From Escherichia coli (GTDB lineage Bacteria > Pseudomonadota > Gammaproteobacteria > Enterobacterales > Enterobacteriaceae): DNA of 64,000 bases. The stretch lies in NCBI RefSeq assembly GCF_048403405.1, contig NZ_CP183129.1, one strand, 5' to 3'. A model generated the notes under the pieces. It was given only the letters and a program-made list of their open reading frames with translations, searched no databases and was not told the DNA's origin. Below, piece by piece: positions 40,837-53,450 of this stretch (positions are counted from its first letter, which is position 1; each line of letters opens with the position of its first letter). A program made the position numbers and the translations under genes.

Positions 40837-41883
40837 ATGACGCAATTTAATCCCGTTGATCATCCACATCGCCGCTACAACCCGCTCACCGGGCAATGGA
40901 TTCTGGTTTCACCGCACCGCGCTAAGCGCCCCTGGCAGGGGGCGCAGGAAACGCCAGCCAAACAGGTGTTACCTGCGCACGATCCAGATTGCTTCCTCTG
41001 CGCAGGTAATGTGCGGGTGACAGGCGATAAAAACCCCGATTACACCGGGACTTACGTTTTCACTAATGACTTTGCGGCCTTGATGTCTGACACGCCAGAT
41101 GCGCCAGAAAGCAACGATCCGCTGATGCGTTGCCAGAGCGCGCGCGGTACCAGCCGGGTGATCTGCTTTTCACCGGATCACAGTAAAACGTTGCCAGAAC
41201 TCAGCGTTGCGGCATTGACGGAAATCGTCAAAACCTGGCAGGAGCAAACCGCAGAACTGGGGAAAACATACCCATGGGTGCAGGTCTTTGAAAACAAAGG
41301 TGCGGCGATGGGCTGCTCTAACCCGCATCCGCACGGACAGATTTGGGCAAATAGCTTCCTGCCTAACGAAGCTGAGCGTGAAGACCGCCTGCAAAAAGAA
41401 TATTTTGCCGAACAGAAATCACCAATGCTGGTGGATTATGTTCAGCGCGAGCTGGCAGACGGTAGCCGTACCGTTGTCGAAACCGAACACTGGTTAGCCG
41501 TTGTGCCTTACTGGGCTGCCTGGCCGTTCGAAACGCTACTGCTGCCCAAAGCCCACGTTTTGCGGATCACCGATTTGACCGACGCCCAGCGCAGCGATTT
41601 GGCGCTGGCGTTGAAAAAGCTGACCAGTCGTTATGACAACCTCTTCCAGTGCTCCTTCCCCTACTCTATGGGCTGGCACGGCGCGCCATTTAATGGCGAA
41701 GAGAATCAACACTGGCAGCTGCACGCGCACTTTTATCCGCCTCTGTTGCGCTCCGCCACCGTACGTAAATTTATGGTTGGTTATGAGATGCTGGCAGAGA
41801 CCCAGCGAGACCTGACCGCAGAACAGGCAGCAGAGCGTTTGCGCGCAGTCAGCGATATCCATTTTCGCGAATCCGGAGTGTAA
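40837..41883 (+). CDS. galT: Galactose-1-phosphate uridylyltransferase
   Basis: 348 aa; active-site region HPHGQ. Confidence 0.97.
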   Translation: MTQFNPVDHPHRRYNPLTGQWILVSPHRAKRPWQGAQETPAKQVLPAHDPDCFLCAGNVRVTGDKNPDYTGTYVFTNDFAALMSDTPDAPESNDPLMRCQSARGTSRVICFSPDHSKTLPELSVAALTEIVKTWQEQTAELGKTYPWVQVFENKGAAMGCSNPHPHGQIWANSFLPNEAEREDRLQKEYFAEQKSPMLVDYVQRELADGSRTVVETEHWLAVVPYWAAWPFETLLLPKAHVLRITDLTDAQRSDLALALKKLTSRYDNLFQCSFPYSMGWHGAPFNGEENQHWQLHAHFYPPLLRSATVRKFMVGYEMLAETQRDLTAEQAAERLRAVSDIHFRESGV

Positions 41884-41886
41884 GAA

Positions 41887-43035
41887 ATGAGTCTGAAAGA
41901 AAAAACACAATCTCTGTTTGCCAACGCATTTGGCTACCCTGCCACTCACACCATTCAGGCGCCTGGCCGCGTGAATTTGATTGGTGAACACACCGACTAC
42001 AACGACGGTTTCGTTCTGCCCTGCGCGATTGATTATCAAACCGTGATCAGTTGTGCACCACGCGATGACCGTAAAGTTCGCGTGATGGCAGCCGATTATG
42101 AAAATCAGCTCGACGAGTTTTCCCTCGATGCGCCCATTGTCGCGCATGAAAGCTATCAATGGGCTAACTACGTTCGTGGCGTGGTGAAACATCTGCAACT
42201 GCGTAACAACAGCTTCGGCGGCGTGGACATGGTGATCAGCGGCAATGTGCCGCAGGGTGCCGGGTTAAGTTCTTCCGCTTCACTGGAAGTCGCGGTCGGA
42301 ACCGTATTGCAGCAGCTTTATCATTTGCCGCTGGACGGCGCACAAATCGCGCTTAACGGTCAGGAAGCAGAAAACCAGTTTGTTGGCTGTAACTGCGGGA
42401 TCATGGATCAGCTAATTTCCGCACTCGGCAAGAAAGATCATGCCTTGCTGATTGACTGCCGCTCACTGGGGACTAAAGCAGTTTCCATGCCGAAAGGTGT
42501 GGCTGTCGTCATCATTAACAGTAACTTCAAACGTACCCTGGTTGGCAGCGAATACAACACCCGTCGTGAACAGTGCGAAACTGGTGCGCGTTTCTTCCAG
42601 CAGCCAGCGCTGCGCGATGTCACCATTGAAGAGTTCAACGCTGTTGCGCATGAACTGGACCCAATCGTGGCGAAACGCGTGCGTCATATCCTGACTGAAA
42701 ACGCCCGCACCGTTGAAGCTGCCAGCGCGCTGGAGCAAGGCGACCTGAAACGTATGGGCGAGTTGATGGCGGAGTCTCATGCCTCTATGCGCGATGATTT
42801 CGAAATCACCGTGCCGCAAATTGACACTCTGGTAGAAATCGTCAAAGCTGTGATTGGTGACAAAGGTGGCGTACGCATGACCGGCGGCGGATTTGGCGGC
42901 TGTATCGTCGCGCTGATCCCGGAAGAGCTGGTGCCTGCCGTACAGCAAGCTGTCGCTGAACAATATGAAGCAAAAACAGGTATTAAAGAGACTTTTTACG
43001 TTTGTAAACCATCACAAGGAGCAGGACAGTGCTGA
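41887..43035 (+). CDS. galK: Galactokinase
   Basis: 382 aa; GHMP kinase motifs. Confidence 0.97.
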   Translation: MSLKEKTQSLFANAFGYPATHTIQAPGRVNLIGEHTDYNDGFVLPCAIDYQTVISCAPRDDRKVRVMAADYENQLDEFSLDAPIVAHESYQWANYVRGVVKHLQLRNNSFGGVDMVISGNVPQGAGLSSSASLEVAVGTVLQQLYHLPLDGAQIALNGQEAENQFVGCNCGIMDQLISALGKKDHALLIDCRSLGTKAVSMPKGVAVVIINSNFKRTLVGSEYNTRREQCETGARFFQQPALRDVTIEEFNAVAHELDPIVAKRVRHILTENARTVEAASALEQGDLKRMGELMAESHASMRDDFEITVPQIDTLVEIVKAVIGDKGGVRMTGGGFGGCIVALIPEELVPAVQQAVAEQYEAKTGIKETFYVCKPSQGAGQC

Positions 43036-44069
43036 ACGAAACTCCCGCACTGGCACCCGATGGTCAGCCGTACCGACTGTTAACTTTGCGTAACAACGCA
43101 GGGATGGTAGTCACGCTGATGGACTGGGGTGCGACTTTACTTTCAGCCCGTATTCCGCTTTCCGATGGCAGCGTCCGCGAGGCGCTGCTCGGCTGTGCCA
43201 GCCCGGAATGCTATCAGGATCAGGCCGCGTTTCTGGGGGCCTCTATTGGTCGTTATGCCAACCGTATCGCCAATAGCCGTTATACCTTTGACGGTGAAAC
43301 CGTGACGCTTTCGCCAAGTCAGGGCGTTAACCAGCTGCACGGCGGCCCGGAAGGGTTCGACAAACGTCGCTGGCAGATTGTGAACCAGAACGATCGTCAG
43401 GTACTGTTTGCCCTGAGTTCAGATGATGGCGATCAGGGCTTCCCGGGTAATCTCGGTGCGACGGTGCAATATCGTCTGACCGACGATAACCGTATCTCCA
43501 TTACTTATCGCGCCACAGTTGATAAACCTTGCCCGGTGAATATGACTAATCACGTCTATTTCAATCTTGACGGCGAGCAGTCTGACGTGCGCAATCACAA
43601 GTTGCAGATTCTGGCGGACGAATATCTGCCGGTTGATGAAGGCGGCATTCCGCTCGACGGCCTGAAATCTGTCGCCGGAACGTCTTTTGATTTCCGCAGC
43701 GCCAAAATCATCGCCAGTGAGTTTCTTGCCGACGACGATCAGCGCAAAGTGAAAGGTTACGATCACGCATTCTTGTTACAGGCCAAAGGCGATGGCAAGA
43801 AAGTGGCGGCGCATGTCTGGTCAGCAGATGAAAAATTGCAGCTGAAGGTCTACACCACCGCTCCGGCTCTGCAATTCTACTCCGGCAACTTCCTCGGCGG
43901 CACACCGTCGCGGGGAACCGAACCTTACGCCGACTGGCATGGACTGGCTCTGGAAAGCGAATTTCTGCCGGACAGCCCGAACCACCCTGAATGGCCGCAA
44001 CCAGACTGCTTCCTGCGTCCTGGCGAAGAGTATTCCAGCCTGACGGAATATCAGTTTATTGCTCAGTAA
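43029..44069 (+). CDS. galM: Aldose 1-epimerase (galactose mutarotase)
   Basis: 346 aa; overlaps galK end. Confidence 0.95.
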   Translation: MLNETPALAPDGQPYRLLTLRNNAGMVVTLMDWGATLLSARIPLSDGSVREALLGCASPECYQDQAAFLGASIGRYANRIANSRYTFDGETVTLSPSQGVNQLHGGPEGFDKRRWQIVNQNDRQVLFALSSDDGDQGFPGNLGATVQYRLTDDNRISITYRATVDKPCPVNMTNHVYFNLDGEQSDVRNHKLQILADEYLPVDEGGIPLDGLKSVAGTSFDFRSAKIIASEFLADDDQRKVKGYDHAFLLQAKGDGKKVAAHVWSADEKLQLKVYTTAPALQFYSGNFLGGTPSRGTEPYADWHGLALESEFLPDSPNHPEWPQPDCFLRPGEEYSSLTEYQFIAQ

Positions 44070-44074
44070 TGTTA

Positions 44075-44098
44075 AGCCCTCGTCATGAGGGCTTTATC
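44075..44098 (+). terminator. Terminator-like hairpin after galM
   Basis: AAGCCCTC-GTCAT-GAGGGCTT stem immediately after the galM stop. Confidence 0.5.
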
Positions 44099-44225
44099 CT
44101 CATATTGTTCAAATCACCAGCAAACACCGACATATTTGCAACTCAATATTCACAACAACCTTACACTGCGACACTATTTTCGCTATGGTTATGCGTAAGC
44201 ATTGCTGTTGCTTCGTCACGGCAAT

Positions 44226-44246
44226 ATAATGAGAATTATTATCATT
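44226..44246 (+). promoter_or_regulatory. Fur-box-like sequence upstream of gpmA
   Basis: ATAATGAGAATTATTATCATT resembles the Fur consensus GATAATGATAATCATTATC. Confidence 0.4.
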
Positions 44247-44271
44247 AAAAGATGATTTGAGGAGTAAGTAT

Positions 44272-45024
44272 ATGGCTGTAACTAAGCTGGTTCTGGTTCG
44301 TCATGGCGAAAGTCAGTGGAACAAAGAAAACCGTTTCACCGGTTGGTACGACGTGGATCTGTCTGAGAAAGGCGTAAGCGAAGCAAAAGCAGCAGGTAAG
44401 CTGCTGAAAGAGGAAGGTTACAGCTTTGACTTTGCTTACACCTCTGTGCTGAAACGCGCTATTCATACCCTGTGGAATGTGCTGGACGAACTGGATCAGG
44501 CATGGCTGCCCGTTGAGAAATCCTGGAAACTGAACGAACGTCACTACGGTGCGTTGCAGGGTCTGAACAAAGCGGAAACTGCTGAAAAGTATGGCGACGA
44601 GCAGGTGAAACAGTGGCGTCGTGGTTTTGCAGTGACTCCGCCGGAACTGACTAAAGATGATGAGCGTTATCCGGGTCACGATCCACGTTACGCGAAGCTG
44701 AGCGAGAAAGAACTGCCACTGACGGAAAGCCTGGCGCTGACCATTGACCGCGTGATCCCTTACTGGAATGAAACTATTCTACCGCGTATGAAGAGCGGTG
44801 AGCGCGTAATCATCGCTGCACACGGTAACTCGTTACGTGCGCTGGTGAAATATCTTGATAACATGAGCGAAGAAGAGATTCTTGAGCTGAATATCCCGAC
44901 CGGCGTGCCGCTGGTTTATGAGTTTGACGAGAACTTCAAACCGCTGAAACGCTATTATCTGGGTAATGCTGACGAGATCGCGGCGAAAGCAGCAGCCGTT
45001 GCGAACCAGGGTAAAGCGAAGTAA
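44272..45024 (+). CDS. gpmA: 2,3-bisphosphoglycerate-dependent phosphoglycerate mutase
   Basis: Start at [17 protein letters not shown] (44272), 250 aa; RHG catalytic motif. Confidence 0.96.
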
Positions 45025-45105
45025 ACGTCATTCGTTTAAAAATGAGAAAGTCGACTGCAAGTGAGTCGGCTTTTTTGTTTGTCGTTGCTAACAATGGAGC
45101 ACATT

Positions 45106-45180
45106 GCCTGATGCGACGCTGCGCGTCTTGTCAGGGCTACGGTGATTCATCGGATACGCCACTCTGACGGCGCATCCGAC
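45106..45180. repeat. REP elements (BIME-like pair) between gpmA and aroG
   Basis: GCCTGATGCGACGCTGCGCGTCTTGTCAGGGCTAC followed by a second palindromic unit. Confidence 0.6.
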
Positions 45181-45189
45181 AATTAAATC

Positions 45190-46242
45190 TTACCCGCGAC
45201 GCGCTTTTACTGCATTCGCCAGTTGACGTAATAGAGCATCGGTATCTTCCCAGCCGATGCAGGCATCAGTGATGCTCTTACCGTAGGCCAGCGGCTCCCC
45301 GCTCTCGAGGCTCTGATTGCCTTCCACCAAATGGCTTTCCACCATCACGCCAATAATGGCCTTTTCGCCACCGGCAATCTGCTGGCAAACGTCAGCACAA
45401 ACATCCATCTGCTTTTTGAATTGTTTTGACGAGTTAGCATGGCTGAAATCGATCATCACCTGTGCTGGCAGGCCTGATTTGTTCAGCCCTTCTTTCACTT
45501 CAGCAACGTGCTTCGCGCTGTAGTTAGGCTCTTTACCACCGCGCAGAATGATATGGCAATCGCCGTTACCGCTGGTATTCACAATCGCCGAATGCCCCCA
45601 TTTCGTTACGGACAGGAAGCAGTGCGGCGCACCGGCGGCATTAATGGCATCGATAGCCACTTTAATCGTACCGTCGGTGCCATTTTTGAAGCCGACCGGA
45701 CAAGAAAGACCAGACGCCAGTTCGCGGTGCACCTGCGATTCCGTAGTACGTGCGCCAATTGCGCCCCAGCTCATCAGGTCAGCGAGATATTGTGGGGTGA
45801 TCATATCGAGGAATTCACCCGCCGCTGGCAGACCGCTGTCGTTAATATCAAGCAGCAATTTACGGGCGATTCGCAAACCGTCGTTGATCTGGAAGCTGTT
45901 ATCCATATGTGGATCGTTAATCAGCCCTTTCCAGCCCACCGTGGTACGCGGCTTTTCAAAATAGACGCGCATCACGATTTCCAGCTCATCTTGCAGCTCT
46001 TCACGCAGCGCCAGCAAGCGAGTGGCATACTCTTTAGCCGCGACAGGATCATGAATTGAGCACGGGCCAATCACCACCAACAGGCGATCATCATTGCCTT
46101 TCAGGATCTTATGGATCGCTTTTCGGGCATGGGCAACCGTATTCGCGGCATTTTCAGTAGCGGGGAATTTTTCCAGCAATGCGACAGGAGGAAGTAACTC
46201 TTTGATTTCTTTGATGCGTAAATCGTCGTTCTGATAATTCAT
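45190..46242 (-). CDS. aroG: Phe-sensitive DAHP synthase
   Basis: 350-aa ORF. Confidence 0.96.
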   Translation of the reverse strand: MNYQNDDLRIKEIKELLPPVALLEKFPATENAANTVAHARKAIHKILKGNDDRLLVVIGPCSIHDPVAAKEYATRLLALREELQDELEIVMRVYFEKPRTTVGWKGLINDPHMDNSFQINDGLRIARKLLLDINDSGLPAAGEFLDMITPQYLADLMSWGAIGARTTESQVHRELASGLSCPVGFKNGTDGTIKVAIDAINAAGAPHCFLSVTKWGHSAIVNTSGNGDCHIILRGGKEPNYSAKHVAEVKEGLNKSGLPAQVMIDFSHANSSKQFKKQMDVCADVCQQIAGGEKAIIGVMVESHLVEGNQSLESGEPLAYGKSITDACIGWEDTDALLRQLANAVKARRG

Positions 46243-46557
46243 GTCTGTTCCAGTGTTGCCATACTTATCTTAGTGAATGCAATACTTCCAATCTATATCT
46301 TCCGTCAGAATGTGTAAACGGGGTTTTACACTATGAACGGATTAATCCTGGAATTAGCAAGAAAAACGCCAGATTGTCGCGAAAAACGAGATCTCTCCTA
46401 CAATTTCTAACTGTAACTCCTTTGTTTGTTAATTATTTCAAGATTCTCTGCTGCGTTTCATAACCTGGCTGAAATCTTAAACCAATGCCTTATATTCACC
46501 TGCAAATGCACTGTTGGAAGAGGTTATCCGACATAACGACCATAACAGGAGCATCCT

Positions 46558-46938
46558 ATGAAAATGACAAAACTGGCCACACTATTTCTGACTGCCACTC
46601 TAAGCCTTGCCAGCGGTTCCGCACTGGCTGCCGATAGCGGAGCGCAAACTAATAACGGCCAGGCAAACGCCGCAGCTGATGCGGGCCAGGTAGCCCCTGA
46701 CGCCCGTGAAAATGTCGCGCCAAATAACGTCGACAATAACGGGGTAAATACCGGTTCTGGCGGCACAATGCTGCATTCGGATGGTTCTTCAATGAACAAT
46801 GACGGCATGACCAAAGATGAAGAGCACAAGAACACCATGTGCAAAGATGGTCGCTGCCCGGATATCAATAAAAAAGTCCAAACCGGTGATGGCATCAACA
46901 ATGATGTCGATACCAAAACCGACGGTACCACGCAGTAA
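46558..46938 (+). CDS. ybgS: Secreted uncharacterised protein YbgS
   Basis: 126 aa with signal peptide [24 protein letters not shown]. Confidence 0.85.
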   Translation: MKMTKLATLFLTATLSLASGSALAADSGAQTNNGQANAAADAGQVAPDARENVAPNNVDNNGVNTGSGGTMLHSDGSSMNNDGMTKDEEHKNTMCKDGRCPDINKKVQTGDGINNDVDTKTDGTTQ

Positions 46939-46959
46939 CCCTGCGAAATAGCCAATAAT

Positions 46960-46991
46960 GGGAGAGCGGAGTCTCTCCCTTTTAATTTTTC
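46960..46991 (+). terminator. Rho-independent terminator after ybgS
   Basis: GGGAGAG-CGGAGT-CTCTCCC followed by TTTTAATTTTT. Confidence 0.6.
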
Positions 46992-47051
46992 CCTTCTAAA
47001 AGCAGTATGATGTCATAAAGTTAAGTGAGAATAATTAAGGGATGACTCGTC

Positions 47052-47993
47052 ATGGCGCACTCACACTCACACACTTCCTCACACCTGCCAGAAGATAATA
47101 ATGCTCGTCGCTTGTTGTATGCTTTCGGCGTGACTGCCGGGTTTATGCTCGTAGAAGTCATTGGTGGTTTTCTTTCCGGTTCTCTGGCATTGCTGGCCGA
47201 TGCGGGTCATATGTTGACCGATACTGCCGCCCTGCTTTTCGCCCTACTCGCAGTGCAATTTTCCCGTCGTCCTCCCACCATTCGCCACACTTTCGGTTGG
47301 CTAAGATTGACCACGCTCGCGGCGTTTGTGAATGCCATCGCCCTGGTGGTGATTACTATTTTGATTGTCTGGGAGGCGATAGAACGCTTCCGCACTCCGC
47401 GTCCGGTCGAGGGCGGCATGATGATGGCAATTGCCGTGGCTGGGCTGCTGGCAAATATACTTTCTTTCTGGTTACTTCATCACGGCAGCGAAGAGAAAAA
47501 CCTCAACGTGCGAGCAGCGGCACTGCATGTGCTCGGGGACCTGCTGGGTTCGGTTGGGGCTATTATTGCCGCGTTGATTATTATCTGGACCGGCTGGACA
47601 CCTGCTGACCCCATTCTCTCAATACTGGTGTCGCTTCTGGTTCTGCGTAGCGCGTGGCGACTGTTGAAAGATAGCGTGAATGAATTACTTGAAGGTGCAC
47701 CGGTATCGCTGGATATCGCCGAACTGAAGCGTCGTATGTGCCGGGAAATCCCGGAAGTCCGCAATGTGCACCATGTACATGTATGGATGGTAGGCGAGAA
47801 GCCGGTGATGACGCTGCATGTGCAGGTGATCCCGCCACACGATCACGATGCCTTGTTAGATCAGATCCAACACTACCTGATGGATCACTATCAGATTGAA
47901 CACGCCACTATTCAGATGGAATATCAACCTTGTCATGGGCCAGACTGCCACCTGAATGAAGGGGTGTCTGGCCATTCACATCATCACCATTAA
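47052..47993 (+). CDS. zitB: Zinc transporter ZitB (cation diffusion facilitator)
   Basis: 313 aa; His-rich N- and C-termini. Confidence 0.94.
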   Translation: MAHSHSHTSSHLPEDNNARRLLYAFGVTAGFMLVEVIGGFLSGSLALLADAGHMLTDTAALLFALLAVQFSRRPPTIRHTFGWLRLTTLAAFVNAIALVVITILIVWEAIERFRTPRPVEGGMMMAIAVAGLLANILSFWLLHHGSEEKNLNVRAAALHVLGDLLGSVGAIIAALIIIWTGWTPADPILSILVSLLVLRSAWRLLKDSVNELLEGAPVSLDIAELKRRMCREIPEVRNVHHVHVWMVGEKPVMTLHVQVIPPHDHDALLDQIQHYLMDHYQIEHATIQMEYQPCHGPDCHLNEGVSGHSHHHH

Positions 47994-48709
47994 TGGGACA
48001 GCGCGCGTGAACCTCTTTCGCGTGCGCTGTTGATCCACATCCGGCTGCCGTTGAGGGCAATAAAGGTCAGGATGATGTACTCCAGAGACATGGCGTAAAC
48101 GCCCTGAAGTGCAAAAATAACGACGCTAATCACGTTAATAATCACCCACAACAGCCAGTTTTCCACATACTTACGCGTCATCAGAATCATTGCCACGATA
48201 GATAACACCATCATGCAGGAATCCCAGAACGGGAAAGCGTCCGGCTGTAGTTCAGGCATCGCAACCTGTAATCCTAATGCTTGCATGATCATGACTGCCA
48301 CGCGGGTCAAAAATGCAAACACCGGATTGATAAATACCGTCATCAGACCAATCGAAACAACGCAAACCGCCAACCAGCTTAGCGCCTTCGGCAATGGCAA
48401 CCAGCGAATTTTCAACTCCGCCTCGTTCTGACTGGTTTGTCGCGACCACGCATACCAGCCGTAAATATTCGCGGCAAAGAAAAACACCTGTAATAGCAGG
48501 CTGGCATACAGCTGAATCTGAAAGAAAATAATGCCAAACAATGTGACGTTGATCAGGCCAAAGAAGTAGTTGCTGATCTTCTCCAGACTGGCAAGGCCAA
48601 TACACAGCAACCCGGCGATCGTGCCTACCGCTTCGATCCATGAGAGATCATAACCGCCTGCTCCTATTGGTATATGTACCAGGATATTCTGCACACTAAA
48701 AAAATCCAT
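47990..48709 (-). CDS. pnuC: Nicotinamide riboside transporter PnuC
   Basis: 239-aa membrane ORF downstream of nadA. Confidence 0.93.
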   Translation of the reverse strand: MDFFSVQNILVHIPIGAGGYDLSWIEAVGTIAGLLCIGLASLEKISNYFFGLINVTLFGIIFFQIQLYASLLLQVFFFAANIYGWYAWSRQTSQNEAELKIRWLPLPKALSWLAVCVVSIGLMTVFINPVFAFLTRVAVMIMQALGLQVAMPELQPDAFPFWDSCMMVLSIVAMILMTRKYVENWLLWVIINVISVVIFALQGVYAMSLEYIILTFIALNGSRMWINSARERGSRALSH

Positions 48710-48746
48710 CTTTCCCCCAAAGCGTAACGTTACGCCTTATTATTCG

Positions 48747-49790
48747 TTATCCACGTAGTGTAGCCGCAAAATCCAGCATACGATTGAGCGGCACCAGCGC
48801 CCTCTCTCGCAGCCTTTCCTCAACATGAACCTCGTGATTGCTTCCTTCCTGTTCTAATGCCTCTGCGATGGCCTGAAGGCCATTCATGGCCATCCACGGA
48901 CAATGCGCGCAGCTGCGGCAGGTTGCACCCTCACCAGCGGTTGGTGCTTCCAGTAACTCTTTATCTGGCACCGCCTGCTGCATTTTGTAGAAAATACCCC
49001 GATCGGTTGCCACAATAAGCCTCTGATGTGGCAATGTTTTCGCAGCAGCGATCAGTTGACTGGTGGAACCGACCGCATCCGCCATCTCTACAATAGCTTG
49101 TGGTGATTCTGGATGCACCAGTATGGCAGCATCCGGGTATTCTTCTTGCAAGCGGGTTAACGCCTGAGTCTTAAATTCATCATGCACAATGCAGGCACCC
49201 TGCCAGCATAAAATGTCTGCGCCCGTCTGTTTTTGCACGTAACGCCCCAGATGTTTGTCGGGTGCCCAGATGATTTTTTCACCCAAACTATCCAGATGAT
49301 CAATAAGTTCGACGGCAATGCTTGAAGTTACCACCCAATCTGCCCGCGCTTTTACCGCAGCAGAAGTGTTGGCGTAGACGACGACAGTATGATCGGGATG
49401 GGCATCGCAAAATGCGTTAAATTCTTCAACAGGGCAGCCGAGATCCAGTGAACATTCAGCCTGAAGTGTCGGCATCAGAATTGTTTTTTCCGGACTGAGA
49501 ATTTTGGCGGTTTCTCCCATAAATCTCACCCCAGCGACTAACAACGTAGAAGCGGGATGCTTTGCACCGAAGCGCGCCATTTCCAGAGAATCAGAAATAC
49601 AGCCACCGGTTTCTTCTGCCAGTTGTTGAATTTCGGGATCGGTATAGTAATGGGCAACCATCACCGCATTACGTTCTTTTAGCAGACGTTTTATCTTCTC
49701 GCGGTAATACGCTTTTTCATCAATGCTTAACGGCGTCGGCTTCGGGGGGAAAGGATAAATCGCCGTGTCTGGATCAAACATCACGCTCAT
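48747..49790 (-). CDS. nadA: Quinolinate synthase A
   Basis: ORF 48747-49808; start at [14 protein letters not shown] (49790), 347 aa. Confidence 0.95.
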   Translation of the reverse strand: MSVMFDPDTAIYPFPPKPTPLSIDEKAYYREKIKRLLKERNAVMVAHYYTDPEIQQLAEETGGCISDSLEMARFGAKHPASTLLVAGVRFMGETAKILSPEKTILMPTLQAECSLDLGCPVEEFNAFCDAHPDHTVVVYANTSAAVKARADWVVTSSIAVELIDHLDSLGEKIIWAPDKHLGRYVQKQTGADILCWQGACIVHDEFKTQALTRLQEEYPDAAILVHPESPQAIVEMADAVGSTSQLIAAAKTLPHQRLIVATDRGIFYKMQQAVPDKELLEAPTAGEGATCRSCAHCPWMAMNGLQAIAEALEQEGSNHEVHVEERLRERALVPLNRMLDFAATLRG

Positions 49791-49862
49791 CTTACCATCT
49801 CGTTTCACAGGCTTAACGTTAAAACCGACTTAAGCGTGATATTCGCTATTATCGGCGTAATT

Positions 49863-49880
49863 TGTTTTATATGCTAAACA
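49863..49880 (-). promoter_or_regulatory. NadR box upstream of nadA
   Basis: TGTTTTATATGCTAAACA palindrome fits TGTTTA-N6-TAAACA. Confidence 0.6.
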
Positions 49881-50036
49881 AGATAGTCGAATGGTGGGGA
49901 AAAGTCACTCGAATTACGTATGAGATGACGAATGCCACACTTTGCGTCTTATTCCTCCGACGTAGAGTTGTTTACGCAGCAAGCGCGGAGTATGTCATCA
50001 GGGTTAAGCATTGAAATTGAGAGATGCCTGAATAGC

Positions 50037-50066
50037 AAAAAAGCGCCTTTAGGGCGCTTTTTTACA
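50037..50066 (-). terminator. Rho-independent terminator at the 3' end of the tRNA operon (bidirectional-looking)
   Basis: AAAAAAGCGCC-TTT-AGGGCGCTTTTTT. Confidence 0.7.
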
Positions 50067-50083
50067 TTGGTGGGTCGTGCAGG
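50067..50083 (-). pseudogene. 17-nt 3'-terminal fragment of tRNA-Lys (TCCTGCACGACCCACCA) abutting the terminator
   Basis: Exact match to the 3' end of the intact tRNA-Lys copies; 5' part replaced by unrelated sequence. Confidence 0.6.
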
Positions 50084-50165
50084 ATGACTCGCTTCGCTCG
50101 CCCTACGGGCCGTTGCTGGCGCAACGTTATCCTTCACGCTTAACATCTGAGTTTGATGTTAAAAT

Positions 50166-50241
50166 TGGTGGGTCGTGCAGGATTCGAACCTGCGACCAAT
50201 TGATTAAAAGTCAACTGCTCTACCAACTGAGCTAACGACCC
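50166..50241 (-). tRNA. tRNA-Lys (anticodon UUU)
   Basis: Minus-strand 76-nt sequence GGGTCGTTAGCTCAGTTGGTAGAGCAGTTGACTTTTAATCAATTGGTCGCAGGTTCGAATCCTGCACGACCCACCA; fifth gene in transcription order. Confidence 0.95.
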
Positions 50242-50244
50242 GAG

Positions 50245-50320
50245 TGGTGGGTGATGACGGGATCGAACCGCCGACCCCCTCCTTGTAAGGGAGGTGCTCT
50301 CCCAGCTGAGCTAATCACCC
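50245..50320 (-). tRNA. tRNA-Val (anticodon UAC)
   Basis: Minus-strand GGGTGATTAGCTCAGCTGGGAGAGCACCTCCCTTACAAGGAGGGGGTCGGCGGTTCGATCCCGTCATCACCCACCA. Confidence 0.95.
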
Positions 50321-50371
50321 GATACTGCGCTGGATACTACAAACTACTTCCACCGAACCCACCGTAATTAG

Positions 50372-50447
50372 TGGTGGGTCGTGCAGGATTCGAACCTGCG
50401 ACCAATTGATTAAAAGTCAACTGCTCTACCAACTGAGCTAACGACCC
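50372..50447 (-). tRNA. tRNA-Lys (anticodon UUU)
   Basis: Identical to the other tRNA-Lys copies. Confidence 0.95.
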
Positions 50448-50449
50448 GG

Positions 50450-50525
50450 TGGTGGGTGATGACGGGATCGAACCGCCGACCCCCTCCTTGTAAGGGAGGT
50501 GCTCTCCCAGCTGAGCTAATCACCC
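50450..50525 (-). tRNA. tRNA-Val (anticodon UAC)
   Basis: Identical to the other tRNA-Val copy. Confidence 0.95.
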
Positions 50526-50560
50526 GATACTACGCTGGATACTACAACTAACTAGGTTAG

Positions 50561-50636
50561 TGGTGGGTCGTGCAGGATTCGAACCTGCGACCAATTGATT
50601 AAAAGTCAACTGCTCTACCAACTGAGCTAACGACCC
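50561..50636 (-). tRNA. tRNA-Lys (anticodon UUU); first gene of the array
   Basis: Identical to the other tRNA-Lys copies; promoter expected at about 50640-50750. Confidence 0.95.
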
Positions 50637-50800
50637 ACTTTTTCGTTGCTTTCGGTTTGTTTGATATCCCGTGGCAACGGCGGCATATATTACTGATTTC
50701 AGACTTGAGTGCAACAAAAATTTCGATGTAGATCACTCAACTGCTTATGATTCGCACGACACGACCAGAAATAATGCGACTTCTGGTCGTGTGTTATGCA

Positions 50801-51592
50801 TTACATCGCGTTCAGACGTTTTTGTGCCTGTTTAGCGCCATCAGTACCAGGGTATTTACTGATAACCTGCTGGTATACGGCTTTCGCTTTTGCGGTGTCA
50901 CCTTTGTCCTGCATGATGACACCGACTTTAAACATCGCATCTGCAGCCTTTGGCGACTTCGGATAGTTTTTTACTACCGAAGCAAAATAGTACGCCGCAT
51001 CATCTTTTTTACCCTTGTTGTAGTTTAACTGACCCAGCCAATAATTGGCGTTTGGCAGGTAAGTTGAATCAGGGTAATTTTTGATGAAATTCTGAAATGC
51101 CACCATTGCGTCATCCTGGCGGGATTTATCCTGCACCAGCGCAATTGCTGCATTGTAATCCGTGTTTGCATCGCCGCTTTTCACCGGCGCGCCAGCATTC
51201 GCAGTACCAGCATCAGCTGTCGGCGTCGTTGATGCCGCCGCACCGCTTTGATCACCGCTGGTTGATTGCGCCGCTGCACCACCGCTGCTGAGGCTATCGA
51301 TCTGCAACAGGATCTGCTTTTGCCGCTCCACGACCTGATTCAGTTGATACTGATTTTCCTGAATCTGACCACGCAGGGAATCAATATCGGATTGATTATC
51401 AGAGAGTTGTTGCTGGAGTTGGGTTAAAAGCTGGCTGTGAGCATTTGAAATACGCTCAAGTTGAGTGACGCGGTCTTCGACCGAGCCTGAGCCGACACTA
51501 CTGATTGGTGCCTGAGCAAAAGCGGCCCAGGGGGCCGCTATACCAACCAGTAACGACAGACTCAATAGTTGATGTCTGAAGTTACTGCTCAT
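50801..51592 (-). CDS. cpoB: Cell division coordinator CpoB (YbgF), TPR protein
   Basis: 263 aa with signal peptide, coiled-coil and C-terminal TPR region. Confidence 0.94.
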   Translation of the reverse strand: MSSNFRHQLLSLSLLVGIAAPWAAFAQAPISSVGSGSVEDRVTQLERISNAHSQLLTQLQQQLSDNQSDIDSLRGQIQENQYQLNQVVERQKQILLQIDSLSSGGAAAQSTSGDQSGAAASTTPTADAGTANAGAPVKSGDANTDYNAAIALVQDKSRQDDAMVAFQNFIKNYPDSTYLPNANYWLGQLNYNKGKKDDAAYYFASVVKNYPKSPKAADAMFKVGVIMQDKGDTAKAKAVYQQVISKYPGTDGAKQAQKRLNAM

Positions 51593-51601
51593 GCAATTCT
51601 C

Positions 51602-52147
<546 letters not shown>

Positions 52148-52157
52148 TTAATTATTA

Positions 52158-53450
52158 TCACAGATACGGCGACCAGGCAGGGAATTTGACCTGTCCATCA
52201 GTTGCCGGAAGACGCGCTTTGAAACGCCCATCTGTAGAAACCAAATTCAGCACGGATCCCATCCCCTGAGAAGAGCTGTAGATTACCATAGTGCCGTTAG
52301 GTGCCAGACTTGGCGTTTCATCCAGGAACGTGGACGACAGAACTTGTACGCCTCCCGTTGCCAGATCTTGTTTGGCAATGTGCTGCTGCCCACCATTGGA
52401 GCTGACCATTACCATAAATTTACCGTCGCTGCTGACATCCGCATCCTGGTTCTGCGAACCTTCCCAGGTAATACGTTGTGGCGCACCGCCGTTGATATTC
52501 ACTTTATAAACCTGTGGACGACCGGCCTGGTCAGAAGTAAATGCCAGGTTCTGGCTGTCCGGGAACCAGGTCGGTTCGGTATTGTTACTGCGACCATCCG
52601 TCACCTGGCGGATCTGACCAGAAGCCAAATCCATTACGTACAGGTTCAGACTACCGGTTTTCGACAAGGCGAATGCCAGTTTGCTGCCGTCTGGCGAGAA
52701 TGCAGGTGCACCGTTGTGACGCGGGAATGAAGCCACCTGACGTACAGCGCCATTTGCCAGCGTTTGGATGACCAGCGCGGAACGACCGCTTTCGAAGGTC
52801 ACATAAGCCAGTTTAGAACCGTCTGGTGACCACGCCGGAGACATCAGCGGCTGCGGTGAACGGTGAACGACAAACTGGTTGTAACCGTCATAGTCAGATA
52901 CGCGCAGTTCATACGGGAACTGACCGCCGTTGGTCTGAACAACGTAGGCAATACGGGTACGGAACGCACCTTTAATGCCGGTCAGTTTTTCAAACACTTC
53001 ATCACTGGCGGTATGACCAGCATAACGCAGCCACTGCTTGTTCACTTTGTACGAGTTCTGAGCAAGTACAGTACCCGGTGCGCCGCCAGTGTCAACAAGT
53101 TGATAAGCAACATTGTAAGAACCATCCGGATTCGGAGTGACCTGACCGACAACTACAGCGTCAATGCCCAGTGCGGACCATGCAGCTGGTTGTACTTCCT
53201 GCGCACTACCCGGCTGCTGTGGCAGACGAGCGCGATCTAACGGATTAAATTTACCGCTGTTACGCAAGTCAGCAGCAACGATGCCGCCAATATCTTCAGG
53301 TGCCGCACCAGGACCCGCCCACTGGAAAGGAACAACACCAATAGGACGACCGGAATCTACACCGCTGTCGATCACAATGCGGACTTCAGCATGCAGAACT
53401 GATGCCCACAGTATGAGAAAACCAAATGCTACTCGTAATGCCTGCTTCAT
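52158..53450 (-). CDS. tolB: Tol-Pal system periplasmic protein TolB
   Basis: 430 aa; signal peptide and beta-propeller. Confidence 0.96.
   Translation of the reverse strand: MKQALRVAFGFLILWASVLHAEVRIVIDSGVDSGRPIGVVPFQWAGPGAAPEDIGGIVAADLRNSGKFNPLDRARLPQQPGSAQEVQPAAWSALGIDAVVVGQVTPNPDGSYNVAYQLVDTGGAPGTVLAQNSYKVNKQWLRYAGHTASDEVFEKLTGIKGAFRTRIAYVVQTNGGQFPYELRVSDYDGYNQFVVHRSPQPLMSPAWSPDGSKLAYVTFESGRSALVIQTLANGAVRQVASFPRHNGAPAFSPDGSKLAFALSKTGSLNLYVMDLASGQIRQVTDGRSNNTEPTWFPDSQNLAFTSDQAGRPQVYKVNINGGAPQRITWEGSQNQDADVSSDGKFMVMVSSNGGQQHIAKQDLATGGVQVLSSTFLDETPSLAPNGTMVIYSSSQGMGSVLNLVSTDGRFKARLPATDGQVKFPAWSPYL

Noticed and set aside
41536-42198. 220-aa minus-strand ORF
   Set aside because: Antisense across the galT/galK junction.
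50520-50717. 65-aa minus-strand ORF
   Set aside because: Overlaps the first tRNA-Lys gene and the tRNA operon promoter region; the tRNA annotation explains the sequence.
50067-50760. Possible integrative island at the tRNA cluster suggested by the tRNA 3' fragment
   Set aside because: No integrase, direct-repeat-bounded foreign DNA or compositional shift; recombination within the tRNA array is the simpler explanation.
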